NCBI GenBank assembly: GCA_900766165.1
Contig: CAAFUK010000055.1
Span: 875-64,874, forward strand
Origin: an uncultured Collinsella sp.
GTDB lineage: Bacteria; Actinomycetota; Coriobacteriia; Coriobacteriales; Coriobacteriaceae
Direction: 5' to 3'
DNA: 64,000 nt
How positions within the stretch are numbered: position 1 is the first letter of the stretch; the number at the start of each line of letters is the position of its first letter. The position numbers and the translations under genes were made by a program. Below, piece by piece: positions 51,182 to 59,821 of the stretch. The notes under the pieces were generated by a model. The model searched no databases. It was not told where the DNA came from and saw nothing but the letters and a program-made list of their open reading frames with translations.

Positions 51182-51276
51182 GGACGGAGGAAAACGGATC
51201 ACTTCCGGCACGCGCCGCAGGGGCAACGGGCCTGCGGCGCGCGCCGTCTTTAACCTCAAGAGTAATTAGGGGGCAT

Positions 51277-51633
51277 ATGCAAATTAGAGGAGAAGCCGCG
51301 ATTGCCTGCGGGTTCATGGCAGGTCTGGCAACGGGTCTGCTGTTCGACGGATGCTTCGATGGCTACATTAATCGCTTCCGCGATTCTGGTTTTTCGAGAG
51401 GTAAGCCCCAAGGGCCGTCGCCGGTTTGCCAAAAGACGTCCACGTTCACCGAGCCCTGCAGCGTGGACGCCTCAAAAACCAAGGTAATCGTCACCAAGAA
51501 CGGCAAGATCTATCACCGCTCTGTGGGATGTAAAAACCTTCCTCAAAACGCCATTAGAACAAACGTGCCACTGGCATCCGCACTCAAACGAGGCAAGACG
51601 CCCTGTCCAGTATGTTGCCCGCCAACGGTTTAG
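51277..51633 (+). CDS. Small exported protein with Ada-like Cys/His metal-binding domain
   Basis: N-terminal hydrophobic stretch; VIVTKNGKIYH...C..L...A.KRG.TPCPVC.P. Confidence 0.65.
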   Translation: MQIRGEAAIACGFMAGLATGLLFDGCFDGYINRFRDSGFSRGKPQGPSPVCQKTSTFTEPCSVDASKTKVIVTKNGKIYHRSVGCKNLPQNAIRTNVPLASALKRGKTPCPVCCPPTV

Positions 51634-52292
51634 ATGATTCCCGAGATACGCTCCGCAACGCCATGAGCTTCTGCAAACGTACGGACTCGCGCTTTCTCCT
51701 TTTTGGAAAGTGAGTCGAACGCCCTTGTCAGCTTTTCCTCGTCCAACAGTGGAAGCAAGTTTTCCACGGCATGGGCATCTTTTTCGGCCTTTTTGCCTCG
51801 TTCGCCGTTGATTATCATCTTGTGAATTACATAGGCCTCAGGGGCAGGAACAGTCACGATGTGGTTGAAACAGCGAACCTCGATGGTATTTTTCAAAATG
51901 ACGTCCATATGCCATAGCGCTTGAGCCGTCACTCCGATGTTCGTTTTGAGTGCGGGTTCTCTTCCGGCGCCCATTTTCCCGATGAGAAACTCAACTTCAA
52001 GACCGGTGATATCTAGTAACTTTGTTGTTCCGTTCATGCGGTCGGATTCGACAAAGAAGCCTCGTTCTTTTGCGAGGACGGTCAAGCGTGCCGCCGGGCT
52101 GGGTCGCCGTAGGTTTCGGACAAGGAAGTCAACATCCATTGTTTTGATATTTGGACAAAAGCCCGGCAACACCTCGGCTTCTCTATAGGTAAATTCCGCC
52201 CAGGACCCGATGAGAATGACATGATCCATGCACCCTGCTTCCTCGACCAGGTCAAGCACTTTTAGGAAAGCTTGCTGCTGCTCAGTCAACAT
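51630..52292 (-). CDS. Nucleotidyltransferase (Pol-beta superfamily, GSU2403-like)
   Basis: ILIGSWA, TMDVDFL, VPAPEAYVIHK, KAEKD. Confidence 0.75.
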   Translation of the reverse strand: MLTEQQQAFLKVLDLVEEAGCMDHVILIGSWAEFTYREAEVLPGFCPNIKTMDVDFLVRNLRRPSPAARLTVLAKERGFFVESDRMNGTTKLLDITGLEVEFLIGKMGAGREPALKTNIGVTAQALWHMDVILKNTIEVRCFNHIVTVPAPEAYVIHKMIINGERGKKAEKDAHAVENLLPLLDEEKLTRAFDSLSKKEKARVRTFAEAHGVAERISGII

Positions 52293-52593
52293 CTGGCACC
52301 CTTCCCAACGCTCGTATAATCTGCTTCTGAGATTGCTTCTGCTCTCTAATGGCAGCTGCGAGAGCTTTTCGGCGTTCGATTTTGGCTCGCAGCTCTTCAA
52401 CCTCTGCGGCGGGGATATAGTCGCTTTTAACTTTGTCGCCGACTCGGTAGTTGAGATAGCAGTATTCGTGGCCCTTTATGTTTCGCATGCGAATGCTGCC
52501 CTTTGGAAGGTGACAGATTTCCTGCTCCATGAGCCCCAAGAGGCGGCTCGAGCGTGCGTATTCCTCTTCTAGGACATCTTCTAAGACGGACAC
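52282..52593 (-). CDS. Small basic partner protein of the nucleotidyltransferase
   Basis: LPKGSI....IKG.EY.YL.YR.GDKVKS.YI plus coiled coil; GTG start after GGAGG; overlaps the NTase start. Confidence 0.65.
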   Translation of the reverse strand: MSVLEDVLEEEYARSSRLLGLMEQEICHLPKGSIRMRNIKGHEYCYLNYRVGDKVKSDYIPAAEVEELRAKIERRKALAAAIREQKQSQKQIIRALGRVPDVD

Positions 52594-52752
52594 AGGGCCT
52601 CCCCTCCGAGTAGTTACCCTACATTCTATCAAATTGGGCTATATGTGGGGTAACTCAATCGTGTCCGCGCGACATGTGAAACTTAACATGCCGTCCCGCT
52701 CTGTTGCGGCGGCATGAATCAAAGCAACGACCCTCTAAGGAGTTCGATAGTA

Positions 52753-52992
52753 ATGAGTGACAACGCAAAGCATCTCGCAAAGAAATGCGTAAAGGACGCG
52801 GGGCCGTGTCTCGCGCTGTGTCTGGCTGGCGCGGCGGTTGGGCTGGTGGTCGTTCTGGGGCCATTCGACGTGCTCCGAAGCGTAAGCTCGTTGCATATTT
52901 GCTTGGCTCTTGCTGGCGCCATGGCGACCGGCGGCGTGTTCGATCTGATCTTTTGGGTGTTTGACCCGTTTGGATGGAAGAACGAAGGGTAA
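52753..52992 (+). CDS. Small two-TM membrane protein
   Basis: AAGGAG RBS; two hydrophobic helices. Confidence 0.5.
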   Translation: MSDNAKHLAKKCVKDAGPCLALCLAGAAVGLVVVLGPFDVLRSVSSLHICLALAGAMATGGVFDLIFWVFDPFGWKNEG

Positions 52993-53076
52993 GCCCTAAG
53001 GGATGGAATGCCTGGGGTTGGTATTGATTCCCGGCGCCGGATTGGTCTGGGCCGCGCGATGCGGAGGTGTTGCTGA

Positions 53077-53832
53077 ATGTCCATTTTCGTTACTGGAGAT
53101 GTTCACGGTATTGCCGAGTACGGGGCGAGCCGCTTCTCGTCGCGCAGTTGGCCGCTGGGTCGAACACTGACGCGCGATGACGTGGTGATTGTGGCCGGTG
53201 ACTTCGGCTTTATATGGGGCGGCTCGAACATCGACAAATACTGGCTCGACTGGTTTGAGTCCAAGCCTTGGACCACGTGCTTTGTCGACGGCAATCACGA
53301 GAACCATCACCTGCTGGCGGGGCTGCCGGTGCGGGAGTGGAACGACGGCCTCGTCCATGAGGTGCGCCCGCACGTGCTGCACCTGATGCGCGGCGAGGTG
53401 TTCGACATCGCGGGGACCACGGTTCTTACCATGGGTGGCGCCGCGAGCCACGACAAGCAATGGCGCCAGGAGGGAAAGACTTGGTGGCCCGAGGAAATGC
53501 CAAACGAGAGCGAGATGGAGCATTGCCACGCTTCGCTCGACCGTGTGGGCTGGAAGGTCGACTATGTGGTGACCCACGAGGCACCGGTCGATCTGGCAGA
53601 TGAGCTGTGCATGGAGTGCAACCGTGAGTTCTACGATGATTCGCTGCAGAACTTCTTGGGTGAGCTCGATGGTCGGCTCGACTATCGCACCTGGTTCTTT
53701 GGTCACTACCATGACGACGAATGGCGCGATGACAAGCATCGTCTTATCTACCAAGATATTGTGCCGATCGAAACGCAGCGTGCCGATGGATTGGGCGAGA
53801 CGGCGAGCGACTATTCTAGGCAAGAGCGTTAG
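53077..53832 (+). CDS. Calcineurin-like metallophosphoesterase 1
   Basis: GDVHG, AGDFG, DGNHE, THE, GHYH. Confidence 0.88.
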   Translation: MSIFVTGDVHGIAEYGASRFSSRSWPLGRTLTRDDVVIVAGDFGFIWGGSNIDKYWLDWFESKPWTTCFVDGNHENHHLLAGLPVREWNDGLVHEVRPHVLHLMRGEVFDIAGTTVLTMGGAASHDKQWRQEGKTWWPEEMPNESEMEHCHASLDRVGWKVDYVVTHEAPVDLADELCMECNREFYDDSLQNFLGELDGRLDYRTWFFGHYHDDEWRDDKHRLIYQDIVPIETQRADGLGETASDYSRQER

Positions 53833-53840
53833 GAGTCTCC

Positions 53841-54479
53841 ATGATCTGGTTTACCAGTGATACGCACTTTGGGCACGAGAACATGCTGCGGTTCAGCGGC
53901 AGGCCGTGGTCGACCGTTGCGCAGATGAACGACGCCATCATCGACAACATTAATGGCAAGGTCGCCGCGGACGACGAGCTCTACATCCTGGGTGACTTCA
54001 GCTTTAAGATGACGGCCCAGGATGCCTACGAGCTGCGCAAAAGGATCGCCTGCAAGCGCGTTCATCTGCTGCCCGGCAATCATGACAAGGATTGGTCACA
54101 GCCCGCGGTGGCGGGTGCTTTTATCGTTGAGCCGCCCATCTGCGTGCTCAAGATCGACCGCCAGAAAATCGTGCTGAGCCACTATCCCATGGTTGACTGG
54201 CAGGGCATGTCGCATGGCGGATGGCATCTGCATGGGCATATCCATAGTTGCGGCAGCGCGTATAACGAGTTCAACTGCAAGCAGGGGCTGCTGCGCTACG
54301 ACGTGGGCGTGGATGCCAACGATTATGCGCCGGTGAGCCTGGATGAGCTCAAGGCGTGGTTTACGCAGGTAGACGAGCCGGTGTGTTGCGTTAAGTGGCC
54401 GTGGTGGGTCAATGCCACGGGCGACGATCAGATTGAGCACGAGCTCGAGGCATACAAGAGGGAGGTGGTGGTCCGATGA
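53841..54479 (+). CDS. Calcineurin-like metallophosphoesterase 2 (phage-type subfamily)
   Basis: FTSDTHFGH, LGDF, PGNHD, SHYP, HLHGHIH, DVGVD. Confidence 0.88.
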   Translation: MIWFTSDTHFGHENMLRFSGRPWSTVAQMNDAIIDNINGKVAADDELYILGDFSFKMTAQDAYELRKRIACKRVHLLPGNHDKDWSQPAVAGAFIVEPPICVLKIDRQKIVLSHYPMVDWQGMSHGGWHLHGHIHSCGSAYNEFNCKQGLLRYDVGVDANDYAPVSLDELKAWFTQVDEPVCCVKWPWWVNATGDDQIEHELEAYKREVVVR

Positions 54480-55201
54480 CGGTTTATGTGACAGGCGACG
54501 TCCACGGCGGCGTTGACATGCAAAAGCTCCGCGACTGGGAGCTTGGGGACAGTCTGACGAGCGACGACTACCTCATCGTCGCCGGTGACTTTGGCTTTCC
54601 GTGGGATTTCTCTGCCGAGGAATGCGCCGATATCGCGTGGCTGGAATCGCGCCCCTACACGGTGCTCTTTGTCGACGGCAACCACGAGCGCTTCGATCAC
54701 TGGGCAGAGCGTCCCATGGAATTGTGGCATGGCGGGCTCACGCAGCGCCTATCGGACACGTCGCCCATACGGCGCCTGACGCGCGGCGAGGTCTTTGAAC
54801 TCGACGGTTCAACAATCTTTACCATGGGCGGCGCCACGAGCGTGGACAAGGAATACCGCATACCGTATTCGAGCTGGTGGCCGCAGGAGCTTCCGGACGA
54901 GCGCAACTTTGGTGAGGCGCGGGCAAAGCTCGACAGCACGGGCTGGAAGGTCGATTACGTAATCACTCACACCTGTTCCACGCGCATGCTCTCGCCCACG
55001 CTCTATCCGGCACCCGGCTGGAACCGTCCCGACGTCGACCGGCTCACAGCGTTTTTTGACGAGCTGGAGGACCGCTTGGACTACAAGCGCTGGTACTACG
55101 GGCATTTTCATCGCAATGCCAATCCGGCCGAGCGTCACACCGTGCTCTACGACCGCATCGTTCGCCTGGGCGACGAGCTCCAACCCTGGGACGTTGCATA
55201 G
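54476..55201 (+). CDS. Calcineurin-like metallophosphoesterase 3 (paralog of no. 1)
   Basis: GDVHG, AGDFG, DGNHE, MGGA.S.DK, WWPQE, THT, GHFH; ATGA overlap. Confidence 0.88.
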   Translation: MTVYVTGDVHGGVDMQKLRDWELGDSLTSDDYLIVAGDFGFPWDFSAEECADIAWLESRPYTVLFVDGNHERFDHWAERPMELWHGGLTQRLSDTSPIRRLTRGEVFELDGSTIFTMGGATSVDKEYRIPYSSWWPQELPDERNFGEARAKLDSTGWKVDYVITHTCSTRMLSPTLYPAPGWNRPDVDRLTAFFDELEDRLDYKRWYYGHFHRNANPAERHTVLYDRIVRLGDELQPWDVA

Positions 55202-55216
55202 GGGCGGGGCGTTTGG

Positions 55217-56233
55217 CTACTCAGCCGTTATGGTGATGTTTTCCCTGTGCGCGCGGATGACGTCCCAGCTAAAGTGCTCAACCAGTTGCTCGGCTGTGTG
55301 CGGCGTGGTGTCTGGCGTGGTGTCTGGCGTGATGCCTGTTTGTCCGGCGAGCCAGCCGAGCAGCGCTTCGGGCGTGCCAAAGCGGGCGCGGAGTTCGCCC
55401 AAGTCGAGGTCGCGGTCGCGCTTGGAAAGGCGGCGACCGTCCGGTGACATGAGAAGCGGAATGTGCGCGTAGCGCGGCGTGGGCAGTCCCAGTAGATGCT
55501 GCAGATAGATCTGGCGCGGCGTGGAACCCAGCAGGTCGCATCCGCGTACGACCTCGGTGACGCCCATGGCGGCATCGTCAACCACCACGGCCAGCTGGTA
55601 GGCAAACACACCGTCGCTGCGGCGCACCAAAAAGTCGCCGCATTCGGTGGCGAGCGCCTCGCATTGGGCGCCGTACGTGCGGTCCACGAATTCGACCACA
55701 TCGTCTTCGAGGTCGTCGACGGCGGGCACGCGCAGGCGTGTGGCCGGGGCGCGCAGGGCGCTGCGGTGGGCGACCTCCTCGGCCGAAAGACCTCGGCAGG
55801 CGCCACGGTAGATGGGTGTGCCGTCGCTAGCGTGCGGCGCGCTTGCGGTGTGGAGCTCGGCGCGCGTGCAAAAGCAGGGATAGGTGAGGCCGGCGTCTTG
55901 CAGCTTGTGCACGGCGGCTTCGTACAGGTCCAAGCGATCGTGCTGGTAGTAGGGGCCTTCGTCCCACTCGAGCCCCAGCCAAGCGAGGTCGTCGATCAGC
56001 TGGACGGCGAGCTCCGGGCGCTTGCAGCGATCGTCCAGGTCCTCGATGCGCAGCACGATACGACCGCCCTGGCTGCGGGCCGAAAGCCACGCGCACAGGC
56101 AGCTGAACACGTTGCCCAGGTGCATGCGGCCCGAGGGCGACGGGGCGAAGCGGCCCACAACGGGCGCAGACGTGCTGGGCGCCGTCGACGTGGCCACGGC
56201 AGGCGTTGCTATGTTGCATGCGTTGATATCCAT
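55217..56233 (-). CDS. gluQ: Glutamyl-Q tRNA(Asp) synthetase
   Basis: RFAPSPSGRMHLGN, LRIEDLD, YPCFCTR, YQLAVVVDD, VRGCDLL, LSKR; no anticodon-binding domain; start uncertain. Confidence 0.88.
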   Translation of the reverse strand: MDINACNIATPAVATSTAPSTSAPVVGRFAPSPSGRMHLGNVFSCLCAWLSARSQGGRIVLRIEDLDDRCKRPELAVQLIDDLAWLGLEWDEGPYYQHDRLDLYEAAVHKLQDAGLTYPCFCTRAELHTASAPHASDGTPIYRGACRGLSAEEVAHRSALRAPATRLRVPAVDDLEDDVVEFVDRTYGAQCEALATECGDFLVRRSDGVFAYQLAVVVDDAAMGVTEVVRGCDLLGSTPRQIYLQHLLGLPTPRYAHIPLLMSPDGRRLSKRDRDLDLGELRARFGTPEALLGWLAGQTGITPDTTPDTTPHTAEQLVEHFSWDVIRAHRENITITAE

Positions 56234-56370
56234 GCGGACGAGTATAGCGCGGGGCGCGGCGGGGGAGGCGTTGCCGTTGCTCACAAGTTGCCGAGGACGC
56301 GCATTGTGCGCGGCGGACACCGACTCAATACCTCGATTGCCGCCCACCAGCCCAGCCCCTTAAACGACAG

Positions 56371-56404
56371 AAACCCCGGCAGCTCTTCGCAACTGCCGGG
56401 GTTT
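56371..56404 (-). terminator. Terminator-like hairpin on the minus strand upstream of gluQ
   Basis: AAACCCCGGCAG ... CTGCCGGGGTTT; on the minus strand followed by CTGTCGTTT. Confidence 0.55.
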
Positions 56405-56739
56405 CCGCGGAAAAGGGGGACATGATCCTCGAGCGAACGGCAAAGGGGCAAACCGTTTTCGCTCAACTGCTTTATGCCCCTCGTTCGCCGGCTCAATCAG
56501 CGCGCGCCGCACCCACACAAAGCCGCTACACCTGTGATGGAGCTATGAAGTGGTATCTATTGCTGGCGCGGGCCATGCCAAGGAGTGTCCCAGACTGCCG
56601 ACATATAAGGAACACCTAACTGCCGGCTGCGGGCGTGACTTTTATCCCGTTTGGTACTCCGCTGACCTAGAAGCTCGCGTCGCAAGCTCGCAAACGTGGG
56701 ACAATAGCGTTACTGGTATCACAGACAAAGGATGTGCCT

Positions 56740-58683
56740 ATGAACGCCCCCGTTGCCAAACCCTGTCGGCAGCGCCGCCTATTTGCGCGATTCGCTTCCG
56801 TCTGCGCGCTTGTTACGTGCGCACTGTTGCTGCTGCCCGCCGCCGCCCATGCCGACGGCTACTCCATGAGCCAAACCTATATCGGCGCTACGGTCGAGGC
56901 CGATGGCTCGCTGACCGTTGTCGAGGGGCGTCAGTTCGATTTCGACGATGACATTAACGGCGTGTATTGGGATATCAATACAGGCTCCAACCAGCAAGGC
57001 GGTTCGGTGGGCGTCGACGTGCTGAGCGTCGAGGAAGACGACACCGCGTTTAACAAGGTCGACAGCGCAAACAAGGGCGATCGTGGCGTCTACACCGTGG
57101 AGCAGTCCGACGGCGGCGTGAGGATCAAGGTGTTCAGCCCTCACGAGAGCGGCGACAGCGCGATCTTTTACGTGAGCTACACCATGACCGGCGCGGTCAT
57201 GAACTGGTCCGATACCGCCGAGCTCTACTGGAAGTTTGTGGGCGACGGCTGGTCGGCGGATTCCGATGACGTCGAGATGGAGCTCTACTTCGCAAATGCC
57301 GCCACCGGGACCCCGGCGACCAAGGGCGACAACTTCCGCGCATGGGGTCACGGTCCGCTGACGGGCGACGTGTCGCTCGACGCGGACGAGCCTATGGTCA
57401 CCTATACCATTCCCTGCGTGCATCAGGGCGAGTTCGCCGAGGCACGTGTGGTCTTTCCAAGCGATTGGGTACCGCAGCTTGCCGCCTCGAGCGAGGAACG
57501 CCTGCCGACGATCCTAAGCGAGGAGAAAGCCTGGGCCGAGGAGGCCAATGCCCGCCGTGCCCATGCGCGCATGATCGCCAACGTGCTTGCCGTGGTGAGT
57601 GTTGTCGCGGCGGTGGCCTTTACCGGCACAATCGTCGTGCTCAAGCTGCGTAAGCCCAAGCCCAAGCCGCTTTTCCAGGACGAATATTTCCGCGATGTGC
57701 CCTCGGCAGACCATCCCGCCGTGCTTTCGGCTCTTATGAGCTGGAACGAGGTGCCCGACCAGGCATATATCGCTACACTCATGAAGCTCACTGACGACCG
57801 CGTGATTAGGCTCGAGCAGGCGACCGTGACTAAGGCCAAGAAGGGCCTGTTGGGGCGCGAAAAAGAAGAGCAGACGTACCGCGTGACGGTGAGTGATGCG
57901 GGCTGGAAATCGGCCAAGGGCATTGACCGCATGGTGCTCAAGGTCTTCTTTGCCGGCGTTAAGCCAGACGAGAACGGCGATCGCTCGCGCACGTTCGACG
58001 AGCTGCAGCATTACGTCAAGCAGCACGCTACGCCCGTGGGCGACAAGCTCGAGGACTATCAGAATACCGTTAAGGGCAAGCTGGCCGACAGCGAGTATGT
58101 TGCTTCGGACGGTATTGTCTCGATGGTGTTTTGCCTGGTCCTTGGTATCTTGGTCGCCTTTATTCCCGTAGGCTCCATCTTCTTTACCGATGGTGCGCAG
58201 GTGAATATTATCGCCGCGGTGATTGCGGTGCCCATCGTGCTGGTGGGCATTGGCGTGGGCCTTACCTTCCGCCGCTTTACGCCGGAGGGTGCCGAGGTGG
58301 CGGCCCGTTGCAAGGCTCTTAAGCATTGGCTCGAGGACTTCACGCGCCTCAAGGAAGCCGTCCCCGGCGATCTGGTCCTGTGGAATAAACTACTGGTGAT
58401 GGGCGCGGCGCTGGGCGTTTCGAAGGAAGTCTTGCGCCAGCTTGCCGAGGCCGTGCCGCCCGAGGTGCGCGAGGCTGACGGCTTCTACGACAATTACCCC
58501 TGCTACTGGTGGTACTACCATCATTACGGCAACCAGTCCCCGCTCGATTCGTTCGATAGCGTGTATCACGAGAGTATCCGCGAGCTGGCTTCGAGTTCCG
58601 ATAGCTCCGGTGGCGGCGGAGGCGGCGGCTTCTCTGGTGGCGGCGGTGGTGGCGCTGGCGGAGGCGGCGGCGGAACGTTCTAA
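56740..58683 (+). CDS. DUF2207-family membrane protein
   Basis: Signal peptide, ELYWKFVG, TM helices, FL/WL.DF, Ser/Gly-rich tail GGGGFSGGGGGG..GGGGG.F. Confidence 0.85.
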   Translation: MNAPVAKPCRQRRLFARFASVCALVTCALLLLPAAAHADGYSMSQTYIGATVEADGSLTVVEGRQFDFDDDINGVYWDINTGSNQQGGSVGVDVLSVEEDDTAFNKVDSANKGDRGVYTVEQSDGGVRIKVFSPHESGDSAIFYVSYTMTGAVMNWSDTAELYWKFVGDGWSADSDDVEMELYFANAATGTPATKGDNFRAWGHGPLTGDVSLDADEPMVTYTIPCVHQGEFAEARVVFPSDWVPQLAASSEERLPTILSEEKAWAEEANARRAHARMIANVLAVVSVVAAVAFTGTIVVLKLRKPKPKPLFQDEYFRDVPSADHPAVLSALMSWNEVPDQAYIATLMKLTDDRVIRLEQATVTKAKKGLLGREKEEQTYRVTVSDAGWKSAKGIDRMVLKVFFAGVKPDENGDRSRTFDELQHYVKQHATPVGDKLEDYQNTVKGKLADSEYVASDGIVSMVFCLVLGILVAFIPVGSIFFTDGAQVNIIAAVIAVPIVLVGIGVGLTFRRFTPEGAEVAARCKALKHWLEDFTRLKEAVPGDLVLWNKLLVMGAALGVSKEVLRQLAEAVPPEVREADGFYDNYPCYWWYYHHYGNQSPLDSFDSVYHESIRELASSSDSSGGGGGGGFSGGGGGGAGGGGGGTF

Positions 58684-58696
58684 CGGTCGCAAATCC

Positions 58697-58745
58697 TGGG
58701 ATGGGCTTTCCCTGACAGCTGTCGGGGAAAGCCCATCCCATTTTT
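58697..58745 (+). terminator. Intrinsic terminator
   Basis: TGGGATGGGCTTTCCCTGACAG-CTGTCGGGGAAAGCCCATCCCA followed by TTTTT. Confidence 0.8.
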
Positions 58746-58796
58746 ATGTGTCGGCAGGGGCCGATTCTTCCGATTTCTACTCTGTCAGGAGGGGTA

Positions 58797-59026
58797 GTGG
58801 GCAAAAAATGCCAAATATGAGTACTGCTGCTGCGTTGGTCACATATATTTGCGCATAATAATAGCCTCCTAATGAGAATAACTCTCGTTAGGAGCCAGTT
58901 TTATTGAACATTTGGGGAGATACGTCAGCTCGTCCGGCTGACCGCCATGTCTAAAAGCCTCAAAAATGCCCCAAATCGCTGCTACTAAAAAGGTAACAGT
59001 ACTCATATTTGACGTTTTTTTGCCCA
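58797..59026. mobile_element. MITE-like element family C (230 bp, 34-bp terminal IR)
   Basis: GTGGGCAAAAAATGCCAAATATGAGTACTGCTGC ... GTAACAGTACTCATATTTGACGTTTTTTGCCCAC (30/34); AT-rich non-coding interior. Confidence 0.6.
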
Positions 59027-59083
59027 CGGACTCTTGGATCGGCATCGAAAACGAACCGGACGGCACTTAGGGACGTTCCTTTT

Positions 59084-59405
59084 AATATGAGCAGGACATT
59101 GTCAAGAGGCAAAATCGGGCCTGGCCCCAACGATATGGGGTCAGGCCCTCTCCCTATATCAACCCGTCCGCGGCGACCTCGGCGTGTCTTCCCGACGCTC
59201 GTCTTTGCAGTTTAATATCCGCCCGTGGCGATCTCTCGCTGGGCAATCCGTTGCTACGGCTGAGGCTTCTACGTCGAACCGACAGTCTGCGCACGCGTGT
59301 GGCGCCCTGGGCGCTCGCAGAAAAGGGACCTGAGGTTCGCCTCAACGGCTTCGGATCCAACCGCTTCCGGGGTGATCGGCTTATGTGCGGGGGACCGCCC
59401 CCCCC
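59084..59405 (-). ncRNA. 3' non-coding end of an IS110-family (IS1111-type) element; candidate bridge/seek RNA region
   Basis: About 320 bp directly after the transposase stop; GC-rich and structured; ends in CTTGACAATGTCCTGCTCATAT with an outward-facing TTGACA. Confidence 0.55.
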
Positions 59406-59750
59406 CTACGCCTCCTCGGCCATGAGGCCGACCGCCCACACCCAGCAGGCGAGCTCGCGCGCCGTGGCGACGTTCTGCCGTGGACCCCGCGCGCGAGCAG
59501 GGCCTCGCGCCTCTCGACCGGCCTCCGCACGCCCTTGGCGGCATGCCTGCGGGCGCCCGGGTCCGGGGCCTGGCCCCTGGCGAGGCCCTTCGGCCGCGCG
59601 GAGCACGTCGGGTAGTGCCACGCGGCCTCGACCAGAGCCTTCCTCAGGTGCTTGTTGCCGGCCTTGGTGATCGCGCCCCTGCGGTCGCTCTCCCCGCTGG
59701 AGTGCTCGGAGGGCGTCAGGCCGACCCACGCCGCGAACGAGCGGGCGTTC
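59406..59750 (-). pseudogene. IS110-family transposase C-terminal fragment, frameshifted
   Basis: Manual translation: FAAWVGLTPSEHSSGESDRRGAITKAGNKHLRKALVEAAWHY, then a frameshift to VATARELACWVWA*; N-terminal DEDD domain absent. Confidence 0.85.
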
Positions 59751-59821
59751 GACTGGATAGAAAAACGCCCGTCGGCGGTGGTGCCGGCGGGCGTTGCTGT
59801 GCAATATGTCGCGTTGTGGGC

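Larger units (their letters stand above)
20700..55210. mobile_element. Accessory defence-rich genomic island (boundaries approximate; no integrase or att pair seen)
   Basis: About 35 kb of defence, conjugation-related and hypothetical genes between core genes DUF4342 and gluQ; several visibly AT-rich blocks (27.2-38.9 kb, 51.3-52.7 kb). Confidence 0.65.

Noticed and set aside
48068..51259. 1063-aa minus-strand ORF
   Set aside because: Shadow of the Ala-rich surface protein; low-complexity Ser/Gly/Arg translation
55302..55331. 12-bp tandem repeat in gluQ as a phase-variation tract
   Set aside because: In-frame 2.5-copy repeat (PDTT) in a variable C-terminal loop; it causes no frameshift
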